Shown: positions 10,165 through 18,751 of the stretch, in pieces
Layout: the number at the start of each line of letters is the position of its first letter
Numbering within the stretch: the first letter of the stretch is position 1
NCBI GenBank assembly: GCA_043821645.1
Contig: JBDRCO010000133.1
Coordinates: 1 to 25,254 of the forward strand
DNA from: Pseudomonadota bacterium
Lineage (GTDB): Bacteria > Myxococcota > JACRCW01 > JAFGSX01
DNA: 25,254 nucleotides
Direction of reading: 5' to 3'
Translations under genes and position numbers: made by a program
The notes under the pieces: generated by a model
Told to the model about the DNA's origin: nothing
The model's input: only the letters and a program-made list of their open reading frames with translations
Databases searched by the model: none

Positions 10165-10659
10165 CTAGCGCTCACCGCCGCTGTAGCCACCGCCAGAGCC
10201 GCCGTAGGAGCTGCTGCTGGACGAGCGATAGCTCGAGCGGTTGGACTCGCCACCAGAGCTGCGTCGCGGAGCGGGACGCACGCTGCTCTCGCTGCTCGAG
10301 GTCCGGCGCCGGGGCGCGGTCTCACCGCCCGAGGCCCTGGAGCGCCCCGTGTAGATGCCGATGCGCGGATCCGCGTCGAGGAGCTTCTGCACATCGCCTT
10401 CCTTGACGTTGGGCAGGTGCACCTTCTTGGTCGAGCTCCACGAACGTTCCATGCGCCCGAGGAAGGCATCGAAGGCCTTTGCCGCCTGCGGCGTGAACTT
10501 GTCGCCGTGCTGCTCGCGGAGCTTGCGCAGTTCCGCGGCCTCGGTCTTGCTGATGCCGGCTCCGTCGAGGGCGCTCGCGACGAGTTTCTGCACGTCGTTC
10601 TTGCCCACCCGGCCGTCGGCGGCGATCTGCTTGAAGGTATTGCGAATGCTGGTGACCAT
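10165..10659 (-). CDS. Hypothetical protein with helical N-terminal domain and Ser/Gly/Arg-rich tail containing repeated SGGE motifs
   Basis: AGGGGA precedes ATG 10659 and codon usage is GC3-rich. The tail contains ASGGET, SSGGES and YSGGER. Confidence 0.75.
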   Translation of the reverse strand: MVTSIRNTFKQIAADGRVGKNDVQKLVASALDGAGISKTEAAELRKLREQHGDKFTPQAAKAFDAFLGRMERSWSSTKKVHLPNVKEGDVQKLLDADPRIGIYTGRSRASGGETAPRRRTSSSESSVRPAPRRSSGGESNRSSYRSSSSSSYGGSGGGYSGGER

Positions 10660-10692
10660 GGGATCCCCTGTGCTTGGTGAGGAGCGGAATCT

Positions 10693-10708
10693 AGCACCTT
10701 TGCTGCCA
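10693..10708 (-). promoter_or_regulatory. Possible weak sigma-54 site upstream of the SGGE-tail gene
   Basis: The minus strand reads TGGCAGCAAAGGTGCT. GG-N10-GC spacing is correct, but the -12 box is GTGC rather than TTGC. Confidence 0.3.
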
Positions 10709-10808
10709 TCTGGGGAATCCTGGCGTGGTCACGGCTGGACCCGGATGGTCACCCTGCCGCACAATGTGATCGAGCCCTGGACCGGAGTGCACGAACAGGA
10801 GGCCTGAC

Positions 10809-11111
10809 ATGCATCCGCACGATCCGCTGGTCGAGCTGTTCAAGAGCTTCGCGTGCGCGGTGCAGCAGGGTGACGCCGAGGCTTTTCGCGGGCTGTGCAA
10901 CGCCGAGGCGGCCCAGGACACGGCCCTGTTCGAGGCCAACAGCCACCGCATACGCAGTTTGGGCTGGCACCTGGAGCTTGACGCCGTCGTGCAGGAAGGC
11001 GGCGTCGCCGAGGTCCGCTTTCAGGTCGTGCAGGGTGACAAGGACGTCGTGGACAGGGCCAGCCTGACCTGCGTGCAGGACGCGCAGGGCTGGAAGATCG
11101 CATCCATGTAG
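10809..11111 (+). CDS. Small hypothetical protein, possibly NTF2/SnoaL-like fold
   Basis: AGGAGG RBS. The pattern 'F..AV..GD.EAFR.L' followed by beta strands and a C-terminal 'QGWKI' is typical of NTF2-like small proteins. Confidence 0.65.
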   Translation: MHPHDPLVELFKSFACAVQQGDAEAFRGLCNAEAAQDTALFEANSHRIRSLGWHLELDAVVQEGGVAEVRFQVVQGDKDVVDRASLTCVQDAQGWKIASM

Positions 11112-11147
11112 CAACGGGCTGGCGACGCCATCAGAACCGTCGCGCGC

Positions 11148-11357
11148 TCAGTGTCCGGCGTAGGCCACCAGCTGCACGCAGTGCTTCTTCTCGAGCTTCT
11201 TGATCTTGGCGAGCTGCGCCTTCTTCAGCTTGGCAGGCACCGATGGCGTGGCGAAGGCGATGACCGTGCCCTTGAGTTCCTTCTCGATGGCCCGGATCTC
11301 GACCAGGGCCTCGGGGCTCAGATAGGTCGCGTACTCGGGTGCCGGCTGGTTCTTCAT
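11148..11357 (-). CDS. 69-aa hypothetical protein built from two tandem ~30-aa repeats
   Basis: GGGAGGA precedes ATG 11357. The repeats are LSPEALVEIRAIEKELKGTVIAF and LKKAQLAKIKKLEKKHCVQLVAY. Confidence 0.75.
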   Translation of the reverse strand: MKNQPAPEYATYLSPEALVEIRAIEKELKGTVIAFATPSVPAKLKKAQLAKIKKLEKKHCVQLVAYAGH

Positions 11358-11556
11358 GATGTCCTCCCGTGGGTGCGTACCGCAGCGATCTGCCGTCGCA
11401 GGGCTGCACGATATCGCGCCCACCCGGGCTGGCAAGTCGCCGCTGCGCCGGGCTTGAGATCGGGATGTCCTTGGCGGGTGAGGCAGCGACCTGGCACCGG
11501 GGTCACGCCGTGGGGTGACCGCGGTATGCTGGACGGGTCCCTGGCGGGAGGTTCTC

Positions 11557-13656
11557 ATGAAGGCGCAGGCTCTCGCTCCACTCGTGATGGTCTGGACGCT
11601 GATGGCCTGTCCCACGACGCCGCCCATCACAGCGCACGGTGGCGACACAGGCTCCGCCGGTCACGACGGTGGCGTGGACGCGACACGCCTGGATGCCGCG
11701 GGCCAGGATCAGGAGCCGGGAGATCGCCAGGCCGACCGCGCGTCGACCACGGACGCGACGGGAGCGGATGGGCCACGACCCGACACGGCGACGGGCACCG
11801 ATGCGAGCACCGCGCAGGATGTCGCTGTCGCGCCGGACGCGACCAGCAGCGACGCCGGCGCGACGGACGGTGCGGCGTCGAGCCTGGCCCTGAGCTGGTA
11901 CATCCTGGTCGATCAGTTCGGTTATCGCCTCGGCGACCCCAAGGTGGCGGTGCTGCGCGATCCGCAGCAGGGCTTTGACGCGAACGAGAGCTATGGCCCG
12001 GGCAGCAGCTTCGAGGTACGGCGCTGGTCCGATGGCGCTGTGGTGCACAGCGGAGTCGCCACGCCCTGGAACGGCGGTGCGGTACAGGCCTCGAGTGGCG
12101 ACCGCGGCTGGTGGTACGACTTCTCGTCGCTGACCACCCCGGGCAGCTACGTAGTGGTCGACGTGGATCAGGGCCTGCGCTCGGCCCGCTTCGACATCGA
12201 CGCGCAGGTGTACAGGCAGGTGCTGCGGGCCGCCGTGCGCATGTACTTTTACAACCGCTGCGGCGCCGACAAGAGCGCAGTTTTGGCCGGCGCCTGCTGG
12301 GCGGACAGTCCGTCCTTTCTGGGTGCTAGCCAGGATACCGAGGCGCGCTCGGTCGACGACAAGCAGAACGCGAGCACGGCTCGGGACCTGCGCGGCGGCT
12401 GGTTCGACGCTGGCGACACCAACAAGTACGTGACCTTTGCCCAGGGCCCCGTGCACAGGCTGCTGACCGCCTACAGCGAGAAGCCGACCCTGTGGGGCGA
12501 CGACCACGGCATCCCCGAGTCCGGCAACGGCGTGCCCGACCTGCTCGACGAGGTGAAGTGGGAGGTCGACTGGTTCAAGCGCATGCAGGAGGCGGACGGT
12601 GGCGTGCTGCTCAAGCTCGGCACCCTGGACTACAACGACCCCACCCCGCCCAGCGCCGACACGCGGCCGCGGTACTACGTGCCGGCCTGCTCGTCGTCGG
12701 CCATCGCCGCGGCGGGTGTGTTTGCCCACGCGGCCCTGGTCTATGCCACGGTCCCCGCCCTCGCCGGCGAGGTGGCGGACCTGCAGCAGCGCGCCGCGGA
12801 CGCCTGGACCTGGTATCAAGGCCACACCCGCCGCAGCGACTGCGACAGCCAGGAGGTCCTGGCCGGCGACGCCGATTGGGATCTGAACACCCAGGACCAG
12901 GTCGCGGTGGTCGCCGCGGTCTACCTGTTCGCGCTGACGGCGACGGCGAACTACGGCCAGTACGTCATCGACCACTACCAGGTGACGCGGCCCTACCACG
13001 ACATCGGCTGGAGCCGCTACAACGCCGAGCAGGGCGAGGCTCTGCTCTTTTACTCCGCACTGCCTGCGGCAGATGCAACCCTGGCGGCCCGTATTCTCGC
13101 GGACAAGAAGGCCGACGCCGAGAGCGCCGACGACGTCTATCGCTTTCTTGTGCTCAAGGATCTGTACCGCGCCTTCATCACGGACCCCAGCTATCACTGG
13201 GGCAGCAACCAGGTGCGCGCGGACAACGGCACCAGCAACCTCGACGTCTTGACCCATGGGATCCTGGTCAGCGATCCGGTGAGCTACCGCGATCGGGCGC
13301 TGGGCATCGTGCACTACTTTCACGGGGTCAACCCGCTGGGTCTGGTCTATCTGAGCAACATGAGCAGCCTGGGCGCCGAGCGCAGCGCCAGCGAGATCTA
13401 CCACTCGTGGTTCCGCGACGGCAGCCGCTGGGACAGTGCGCTGACGTCGGAATGTGGACCACCGCCAGGCTTCGTTTCGGGAGGGCCCAACGCCAGCAAC
13501 AGCGTGCCCAGGAACCCCCCCGCGGGTCAGCCCCTGCAGAAGAGCTACCTCGACTTCAACACGGGCTGGCCTGACAACTCGTGGGAGATCACCGAGCCCG
13601 GCATCTACTACCAGGCGGCCTACATCAAGCTGCTGGCGGGCTTCGTCGACCCCTGA
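11557..13656 (+). CDS. Lipoprotein glycoside hydrolase family 9 (cellulase-like) with N-terminal Ig-like domain
   Basis: GGGAGG RBS, lipobox TLMA-C and an Asp/Ala/Thr linker. Ig-like start ILVDQFGYRLGDPKVAV. GH9 motifs FYNRCG, DLRGGWFDAGDTNKY, PDLLDEVKWEVDWF, HYFHGVNP and WEITEPGIYYQA. Confidence 0.9.
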   Translation: MKAQALAPLVMVWTLMACPTTPPITAHGGDTGSAGHDGGVDATRLDAAGQDQEPGDRQADRASTTDATGADGPRPDTATGTDASTAQDVAVAPDATSSDAGATDGAASSLALSWYILVDQFGYRLGDPKVAVLRDPQQGFDANESYGPGSSFEVRRWSDGAVVHSGVATPWNGGAVQASSGDRGWWYDFSSLTTPGSYVVVDVDQGLRSARFDIDAQVYRQVLRAAVRMYFYNRCGADKSAVLAGACWADSPSFLGASQDTEARSVDDKQNASTARDLRGGWFDAGDTNKYVTFAQGPVHRLLTAYSEKPTLWGDDHGIPESGNGVPDLLDEVKWEVDWFKRMQEADGGVLLKLGTLDYNDPTPPSADTRPRYYVPACSSSAIAAAGVFAHAALVYATVPALAGEVADLQQRAADAWTWYQGHTRRSDCDSQEVLAGDADWDLNTQDQVAVVAAVYLFALTATANYGQYVIDHYQVTRPYHDIGWSRYNAEQGEALLFYSALPAADATLAARILADKKADAESADDVYRFLVLKDLYRAFITDPSYHWGSNQVRADNGTSNLDVLTHGILVSDPVSYRDRALGIVHYFHGVNPLGLVYLSNMSSLGAERSASEIYHSWFRDGSRWDSALTSECGPPPGFVSGGPNASNSVPRNPPAGQPLQKSYLDFNTGWPDNSWEITEPGIYYQAAYIKLLAGFVDP

Positions 13657-13665
13657 GAAAGCGCG

Positions 13666-14382
13666 TCAGCTGTCGAGCCGACACTCGAAGTCGACACAGG
13701 TCATGCCACTCCACGGGCAGCCCCCGCCATTGCCGTCGGGATCGTAGCAGTAGCCCGTGCAGTAACCGTCGCGCCGCGTGTTGCCCGAGGTGAGGTCGGT
13801 ACACGAGATGCCGCCGCACTGCGCGAACTGGTCGCCGGACAGGTCGCAGGGCGTGCCGTAATACTCGGCGCACACGTTCCAGATGCCGCAGGTGCTGCCC
13901 GGGCAGTCCGAGCCGTGCGAGCAGATCTTCCGGCACTTGTCGGCGACACAGCGCTGGGTCAGGTCGCAGTCGTCGTCGTGCCCGCACTCGGGCGGTGGCC
14001 CGCTGTCGACGACCGCGTCGCGCGACGCCGCATCGCGCAGGCCCGCATCCACCCCGGGATCGGGATCAGGGCAACTGGCACAGGTTCGTTTGTCGCAGGC
14101 GCCCTGGTAGCTCGCGGGATCCACGCAGGCGTTGTCCTCGGGATGACAGCACTGATCCGCCGCGCAGTCGGCGACGCTGCCGCAGCTCCCGGGCTCGCAG
14201 GTTCCTGCGGCAAAGAAGCAGCCCAGCTCGAAGGCCCGGCGCAATCGACACACCTGACCGGCGCCACAATCCGCAGCCGTGTCACAGGGCGCTCCCGAGA
14301 GCACACACAGGTCCACACAGGCTGGCCCCGCCGTCAGCGCGACGGCCAGGAACAATCCGTGGGTCCAGCTCTTGGCATGCAT
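13666..14382 (-). CDS. Cys-rich secreted/lipoprotein with repeated C-x4-DC-x5-C modules
   Basis: Signal peptide ending GPA-C. Repeated modules CDTAADCGAGQVC, CGSVADCAADQCC, CGHDDDCDLTQRC and CSHGSDCPGSTC, with a DAG/DAA linker. Alternative start at 14412. Confidence 0.75.
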   Translation of the reverse strand: MHAKSWTHGLFLAVALTAGPACVDLCVLSGAPCDTAADCGAGQVCRLRRAFELGCFFAAGTCEPGSCGSVADCAADQCCHPEDNACVDPASYQGACDKRTCASCPDPDPGVDAGLRDAASRDAVVDSGPPPECGHDDDCDLTQRCVADKCRKICSHGSDCPGSTCGIWNVCAEYYGTPCDLSGDQFAQCGGISCTDLTSGNTRRDGYCTGYCYDPDGNGGGCPWSGMTCVDFECRLDS

Positions 14383-14525
14383 CCCGGGGTCCCTCGAATT
14401 CGGAGCGGACATGGTACTACGGCAGGCGCAAGGCCTTCACCTGTGGCCGTGTCGCCCCGAGAGCCCGTGCTTGCGCCACCGGCACGTCTCCACGATGCTG
14501 CCCAACCAGACCTCGCGGAGGAGAC

Positions 14526-15635
14526 GTGTCTCGACGCCGATCCCAGCTGCTCGTTCTCGCTGTGCTCGGTCTGATGCTGAGTGCAGCTGCCTGCCTGCCG
14601 CTGCTCGGCCAGGGCCTGCTGTGGATGATCCGACCTGCGGCCAGCTTCGACGCGCTGCCCGTTCCCGACGCCCCGGACTACACGAGACCCCAGGCGTGGG
14701 CAGCTCGGCCGGATCTGGTCGACGGCGCGGATAGACTTCCCCCGGGCGCAGGCCTGGTCGACGGCCAGGCCAGCGCCGGGGTCGACTGCTTCATCGTCCA
14801 CCCCACGACCTACGCGGGCACCGAGTCCTGGAACCAGCCCATTGACGACCCCACGGCCAGGCGCTTGCTCGACGAGCTGGTGCTACCGGTGCAGGCTGCG
14901 GTGTTCAACGACGCGTGCCGGGTGTTCGCGCCCCACTACAGGCAGGCCACCCTGTATGCTTTTCGCGACCGGGACGACAACGCCACGAAAGCCCTCGACC
15001 TGGCCTACAGCGACGTTGAGCGCGCCTTCGACACCTTCGTGCAGCAGCTCAACCGGGATCGACCCTACGTGCTGGCGGGCCACAGCCAGGGCACGCTCCT
15101 GCTGCTGCGCCTGCTCAGGCAGCGCATCTCCGGCACGGGGCTGCAAGCACGGCTCGTGGTGGCCTACCTGCCCGGCTGGACCGTCGCCGCCCAGGACCTG
15201 CTCCAGCTGCCTGACATCCCTGTGTGCCGCGAGGCAGCACAGACGGGCTGCCTGGTGTCCTGGAACACCGAGCAGGCCGACGCACGCCCGGCCTTCGTCG
15301 ACCTCACCTCGCCGGACACGGTGTGCGTCAACCCCCTGTCCTGGACCCGCGACGGGCAGTACCTGGGTCACGCGTTCAACCATGGTGGCCTGGCGCTCGA
15401 CCGCGAGCAGCCTCTGCAGCTGCCGCACCTGGAGCCCGGCATCAGCGACGCGCAGTGCGTGCGCGGCGCCTTGCGCGTGTCGCCCGTCGACGACGCGCGC
15501 TTCCGCAATGACCTCGTCGCGGACGCGCTGCTCGGGCCAGGTGTGCTGCACAACGTCGACTACGGCCTGTTCTACCTCGACCTCAGGACCAACCTGGGTC
15601 AGCGCGTGGCGGCCTTCATGACGCGGGGCCGCTGA
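14526..15635 (+). CDS. DUF3089-like alpha/beta hydrolase (putative esterase/lipase) with N-terminal hydrophobic anchor
   Basis: GGAGG precedes GTG 14526. Motifs PDYTRPQAWAARP, DCFIVHPTTY, FAPHYRQAT, nucleophile elbow GHSQG, CVNPLSW and LHNVDYGLFY. Confidence 0.85.
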   Translation: MSRRRSQLLVLAVLGLMLSAAACLPLLGQGLLWMIRPAASFDALPVPDAPDYTRPQAWAARPDLVDGADRLPPGAGLVDGQASAGVDCFIVHPTTYAGTESWNQPIDDPTARRLLDELVLPVQAAVFNDACRVFAPHYRQATLYAFRDRDDNATKALDLAYSDVERAFDTFVQQLNRDRPYVLAGHSQGTLLLLRLLRQRISGTGLQARLVVAYLPGWTVAAQDLLQLPDIPVCREAAQTGCLVSWNTEQADARPAFVDLTSPDTVCVNPLSWTRDGQYLGHAFNHGGLALDREQPLQLPHLEPGISDAQCVRGALRVSPVDDARFRNDLVADALLGPGVLHNVDYGLFYLDLRTNLGQRVAAFMTRGR

Positions 15636-15738
15636 GGCGCACGCGCGCCCGGGCATGGGGTGAATGCCGCCGCCCCCGCCACGCGTTTGACCCCTGGCGC
15701 CCGGCTCTTTATTGTCCGCCAGTCGCGAGGCTCGCCCC

Positions 15739-16524
15739 ATGCCCAGCATTCGTCGGTCCCAGGCCCTGGCAGGCCCCTCCCCGCTCGCCCCTCGCCTGGT
15801 CCTGGGCCTGGTGTGGCTACTCGCGGCCGCGAGCGACGATCTGGCACCCGCACTGCAAGATCTCGACGTGCTGGATCGCGAGGCCTACCTCAACCTCCGG
15901 GCCGAGGCTTCCACGGCGCGCGTGCGCGAGGTGCTCGCCGCCCACCCCGACAGCTACGATGTGGCCTGGCGCCTCGCTCGCAGCACGTTCAAGCAGGCCT
16001 ACTCGACCTCGGAGGCGAAGCAGAAGATGGCGCTCGGGGACGAGGGCTACCAGGCGAGCCAACGTGCCCTGAAGCTCCGGCCCGACGGCGTCGAGGCCCT
16101 GTACTGGGGGACCTGCGCCATGGGCATGTACGCCCAGAGCGCCGGCGTGATGCGCGCGATCATGGATGGCGTGGCGGGCAAGATACAGGACGGCTTCGAG
16201 CGCGCGGTGCGCGTCGATCGCCGCTACAACGAGGCAGGCCCGCTCGAGGCCCTGGGTCGATACCTGTACGAGGTGCCCTGGCCCCTGCGCGACAGGCAAC
16301 GCGCCCTCGCGCTGTTCGAGGAGGCCGCGCGCATCGCGCCGCACAAGCTCCGCGTGCAGGCCTTTCTGGGCGACGCCTACCGCGCCCTGGACAGGCCCAC
16401 CGAGGCCCGCCGCGCCTACCAACGCTGCGCCCGCGCCGCGATCCGGCGCGAGGTCGAGATCGACGCGCCCATCTGGCAGGCGCACTGCACCAGGACCCTG
16501 GGGGAGTGGACAAAGGGACCATGA
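15739..16524 (+). CDS. Secreted tetratricopeptide-repeat protein
   Basis: Hydrophobic N-terminal segment, then helical repeats (PDSYDVAWRLAR, RALKLRPDGVEALYW, EALGRYLYEVPWP, FEEAARIAPHKLRVQAFLGDAY). Its stop overlaps the next start (ATGA 16521-16524). Confidence 0.8.
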   Translation: MPSIRRSQALAGPSPLAPRLVLGLVWLLAAASDDLAPALQDLDVLDREAYLNLRAEASTARVREVLAAHPDSYDVAWRLARSTFKQAYSTSEAKQKMALGDEGYQASQRALKLRPDGVEALYWGTCAMGMYAQSAGVMRAIMDGVAGKIQDGFERAVRVDRRYNEAGPLEALGRYLYEVPWPLRDRQRALALFEEAARIAPHKLRVQAFLGDAYRALDRPTEARRAYQRCARAAIRREVEIDAPIWQAHCTRTLGEWTKGP

Positions 16525-17282
16525 ACCCACCCAACTGGTTCGACGTGGCGAGCTGGGGCTGGATGGCGCTGGCGGTGCTCATCGCCGTGCTGCTGCTGTT
16601 CGTCGACGCGCCCTACGGTCGCCACGGCCGCCGCGGCTGGGGGCCCGAGATACAGGCCCGCCTCGGCTGGCTGATCATGGAATCGGTATCGCCGCTGGTC
16701 CTGCTTGGGCTGTTCGCCATCAGCCTGCGCCCAGCCGAGCCCCTGTCCTGGATCTTCGCCGGCCTGTGGCTGCTGCACTACGGGCACCGCGCCTGGATCT
16801 TTCCGTTCCGTCTGCACAGCAAAGGCCGCCGCATGCCCGTCGTCGTCATGGGGATGGCCATGTGCTTCAACGCGGTCAATGCGAGCCTGAACGGTCTGCG
16901 GCTCTTTGTCTGGGGTCCCGTGCACGACGCGAGCTGGCTCACCGATCCACGCCTGGGGATCGGCCTGGCGCTGTTTGCGGCCGGTCTCGTCGTCAACCTG
17001 CACTCGGATACGATCCTGATCGGGTTGCGCCGCGGCGCGGAGAGCGGCTACCAGGTCCCCCGGGGAGGCCTGTTCTGCTGGGTGTCCTGCCCCAACTACC
17101 TGGGCGAGATCCTCGAGTGGTGCGGCTGGGCCCTGGCCACCTGGTCCCTGGCCGGGCTCAGCTTCGCGGTGTGGACCGTGGCCAACCTGGCGCCGCGCGC
17201 CCTGGCGCATCACCGCTGGTACAAGCAGCAGTTCAGCGACTACCCCGCCGAGCGACGCGCCCTGATCCCCTTCGTGCTGTGA
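16521..17282 (+). CDS. Steroid 5-alpha-reductase family (3-oxo-5-alpha-steroid 4-dehydrogenase-like) membrane protein
   Basis: APYGRH, GWLIMES, HYGHRAWIFP, NLHSDTILIGLR, YQVPRGGLFCWVSCPNYLGEILEWCGWA, NLAPRALAHHRWY and RRALIPFVL are all hallmarks of the SRD5A family. Confidence 0.92.
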   Translation: MNPPNWFDVASWGWMALAVLIAVLLLFVDAPYGRHGRRGWGPEIQARLGWLIMESVSPLVLLGLFAISLRPAEPLSWIFAGLWLLHYGHRAWIFPFRLHSKGRRMPVVVMGMAMCFNAVNASLNGLRLFVWGPVHDASWLTDPRLGIGLALFAAGLVVNLHSDTILIGLRRGAESGYQVPRGGLFCWVSCPNYLGEILEWCGWALATWSLAGLSFAVWTVANLAPRALAHHRWYKQQFSDYPAERRALIPFVL

Positions 17283-17294
17283 GTGCAGGGGCGG

Positions 17295-17924
17295 TCAGCG
17301 CAGCTTTGCCTTCACCTCGTCGAGGGCCAGAGCCTTGAGGCTCGACGAGCCACAGCCCTCGCCCACGGCGAACACGAAGCGCTGCTTGGGGTCGACGTAG
17401 GGACCCTGACAGCCGGCCGGGTCCATCACCGTCGACGAGCCCGGGCACGCCTTGGCCAGGAGCACCGTGACCTTCTTGCCTTGCACGGCCACCAGATCGC
17501 GCGGAGCGATGCCCCCTGGACTCTTGGCGCGGCGCAGCTCGAGCTTGACCGCGGGATCTTTTAATTCCGTCGTCGCCGCCGGCTCCTTGCTGAACGCGAA
17601 GCCCTGGCCCGTCAGCTCCTTCTCGATGCGGCTCCAGTTGCGGGCGCGGGCGCTGGGCTTCACCTGGGGCAGGCACTGCTCGCGGTCCGCACAGATCAGG
17701 TGCGTGGCCGCCGTTGTGCCATCGGCCAGGGACACCAGGCGCAGCTGCAGCTTGGTGACGTCGTCCTCGCCCATGTCCCAGGCCTCGCGCAGGATCACGG
17801 TGCCACCGTCGGCGCTGAAGCCCACCACCTTGGCCGAGAAGCCGACCTCGCAGGCCCTCGCGGGCGTCTGCCCCAATACTTGCAGCAGCAGGAAACAAGC
17901 GATGAGTCCCACGAAGACGCGCAT
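17295..17924 (-). CDS. Hypothetical secreted protein
   Basis: GGGGAGG RBS, signal peptide ending PARA-C, paired cysteines and GC3-rich codons. No family recognised. Confidence 0.7.
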   Translation of the reverse strand: MRVFVGLIACFLLLQVLGQTPARACEVGFSAKVVGFSADGGTVILREAWDMGEDDVTKLQLRLVSLADGTTAATHLICADREQCLPQVKPSARARNWSRIEKELTGQGFAFSKEPAATTELKDPAVKLELRRAKSPGGIAPRDLVAVQGKKVTVLLAKACPGSSTVMDPAGCQGPYVDPKQRFVFAVGEGCGSSSLKALALDEVKAKLR

Positions 17925-17984
17925 GGAAACCTCCCCCTGTGACCTCGAAACCAGGCCCCAGGTTCGATCCCGCCGCGCGAGCTG

Positions 17985-18515
17985 TCAACGATCCGGAGCC
18001 TCGGGGGGCGACGACTCGGCCGCGTCGCGCAGACGTTTGAAGAGCTCTCGCCGTGCCCGCCTGTCGGCGTAGATCTGAACCTGCTCGGCGAGGCGCTGCA
18101 GGGTCGGCAGGTCAAGCTGCGGCCACTTCTCCTGCACCTCGCGCAGGGCCGACTCCATGCGGTCCGGCTCACACAGGCGGTCGCGCAGAGCCTCGACGCT
18201 GTGGAACAGAATTTGGTCGCTGTGGTGGGACAGGTGCAGGCGCTGCACCGAGGCGATCACCTGCTGTGTTTCGTCGGCGTGGCGGTGCAGGAACCCTGCC
18301 AGAAACTTGGCCTGGCGCTTGCGCGAGTTTGGCCCCTTGGTCCGTCGGGCGAGGTCCACCTCGTCACGCAATATGTCGGGCAAGTCCACCTGGGCGTACT
18401 GATTGACCGTCATCTCGGCCAGCTCGTGGGCCAGTACCTCATAGGGCTCGACCACGCGCTTCTTCTGCGCGCGGGAGGGGCGGGACCGGGGCGGGCTGTC
18501 GTCGGATCTCGTCAC
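17985..18515 (-). CDS. darP: DarP/YjgA (DUF615) ribosome-associated protein
   Basis: RPSRAQKKR, LPDILRDEVDLARR, SRKRQAKFLAG, FHSVEALRDRLC, LDLPTLQRLA and ARRELFKRLR follow the YjgA pattern. GTG 18515 is preferred because it avoids overlap with the upstream microprotein. Confidence 0.8.
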   Translation of the reverse strand: MTRSDDSPPRSRPSRAQKKRVVEPYEVLAHELAEMTVNQYAQVDLPDILRDEVDLARRTKGPNSRKRQAKFLAGFLHRHADETQQVIASVQRLHLSHHSDQILFHSVEALRDRLCEPDRMESALREVQEKWPQLDLPTLQRLAEQVQIYADRRARRELFKRLRDAAESSPPEAPDR

Positions 18516-18522
18516 TGCCAGC

Positions 18523-18693
18523 TCAGTCCTTCCACTCGATCTCGATGGTCTCATCACCCAGCCGGTCGCGCACCAGGCGTGCGAAGGTGCGGATCTCGTC
18601 GACGCAGCAATCGATGGTCTGCTTGTCTTCGATGCGCTTGAGCAGCTCGTCCACGAAATCCCGGATGCGAACCTTCTTGAGGGTCTTGTTCAC
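18523..18693 (-). CDS. 56-aa microprotein with a vicinal Cys-Cys (absent from the ORF track)
   Basis: GGAGG precedes GTG 18693. It translates as MNKTLKKVRIRDFVDELLKRIEDKQTIDCCVDEIRTFARLVRDRLGDETIEIEWKD with strongly GC3-biased codons and fills the gap between the TrxR fusion and darP. Confidence 0.8.
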   Translation of the reverse strand: MNKTLKKVRIRDFVDELLKRIEDKQTIDCCVDEIRTFARLVRDRLGDETIEIEWKD

Positions 18694-18751
18694 GGTCTAC
18701 CTCCGCTGCACGGTGATGTGGACGTGGTGCTGGATCCTGGACCTTTTTACG

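Noticed and set aside
11503-13404. 633-aa minus-strand ORF, and similar ones at 3991-5361 and 1586-2779
   Set aside because: These are antisense to well-supported GH9, comM and valS genes and show typical shadow-ORF composition.
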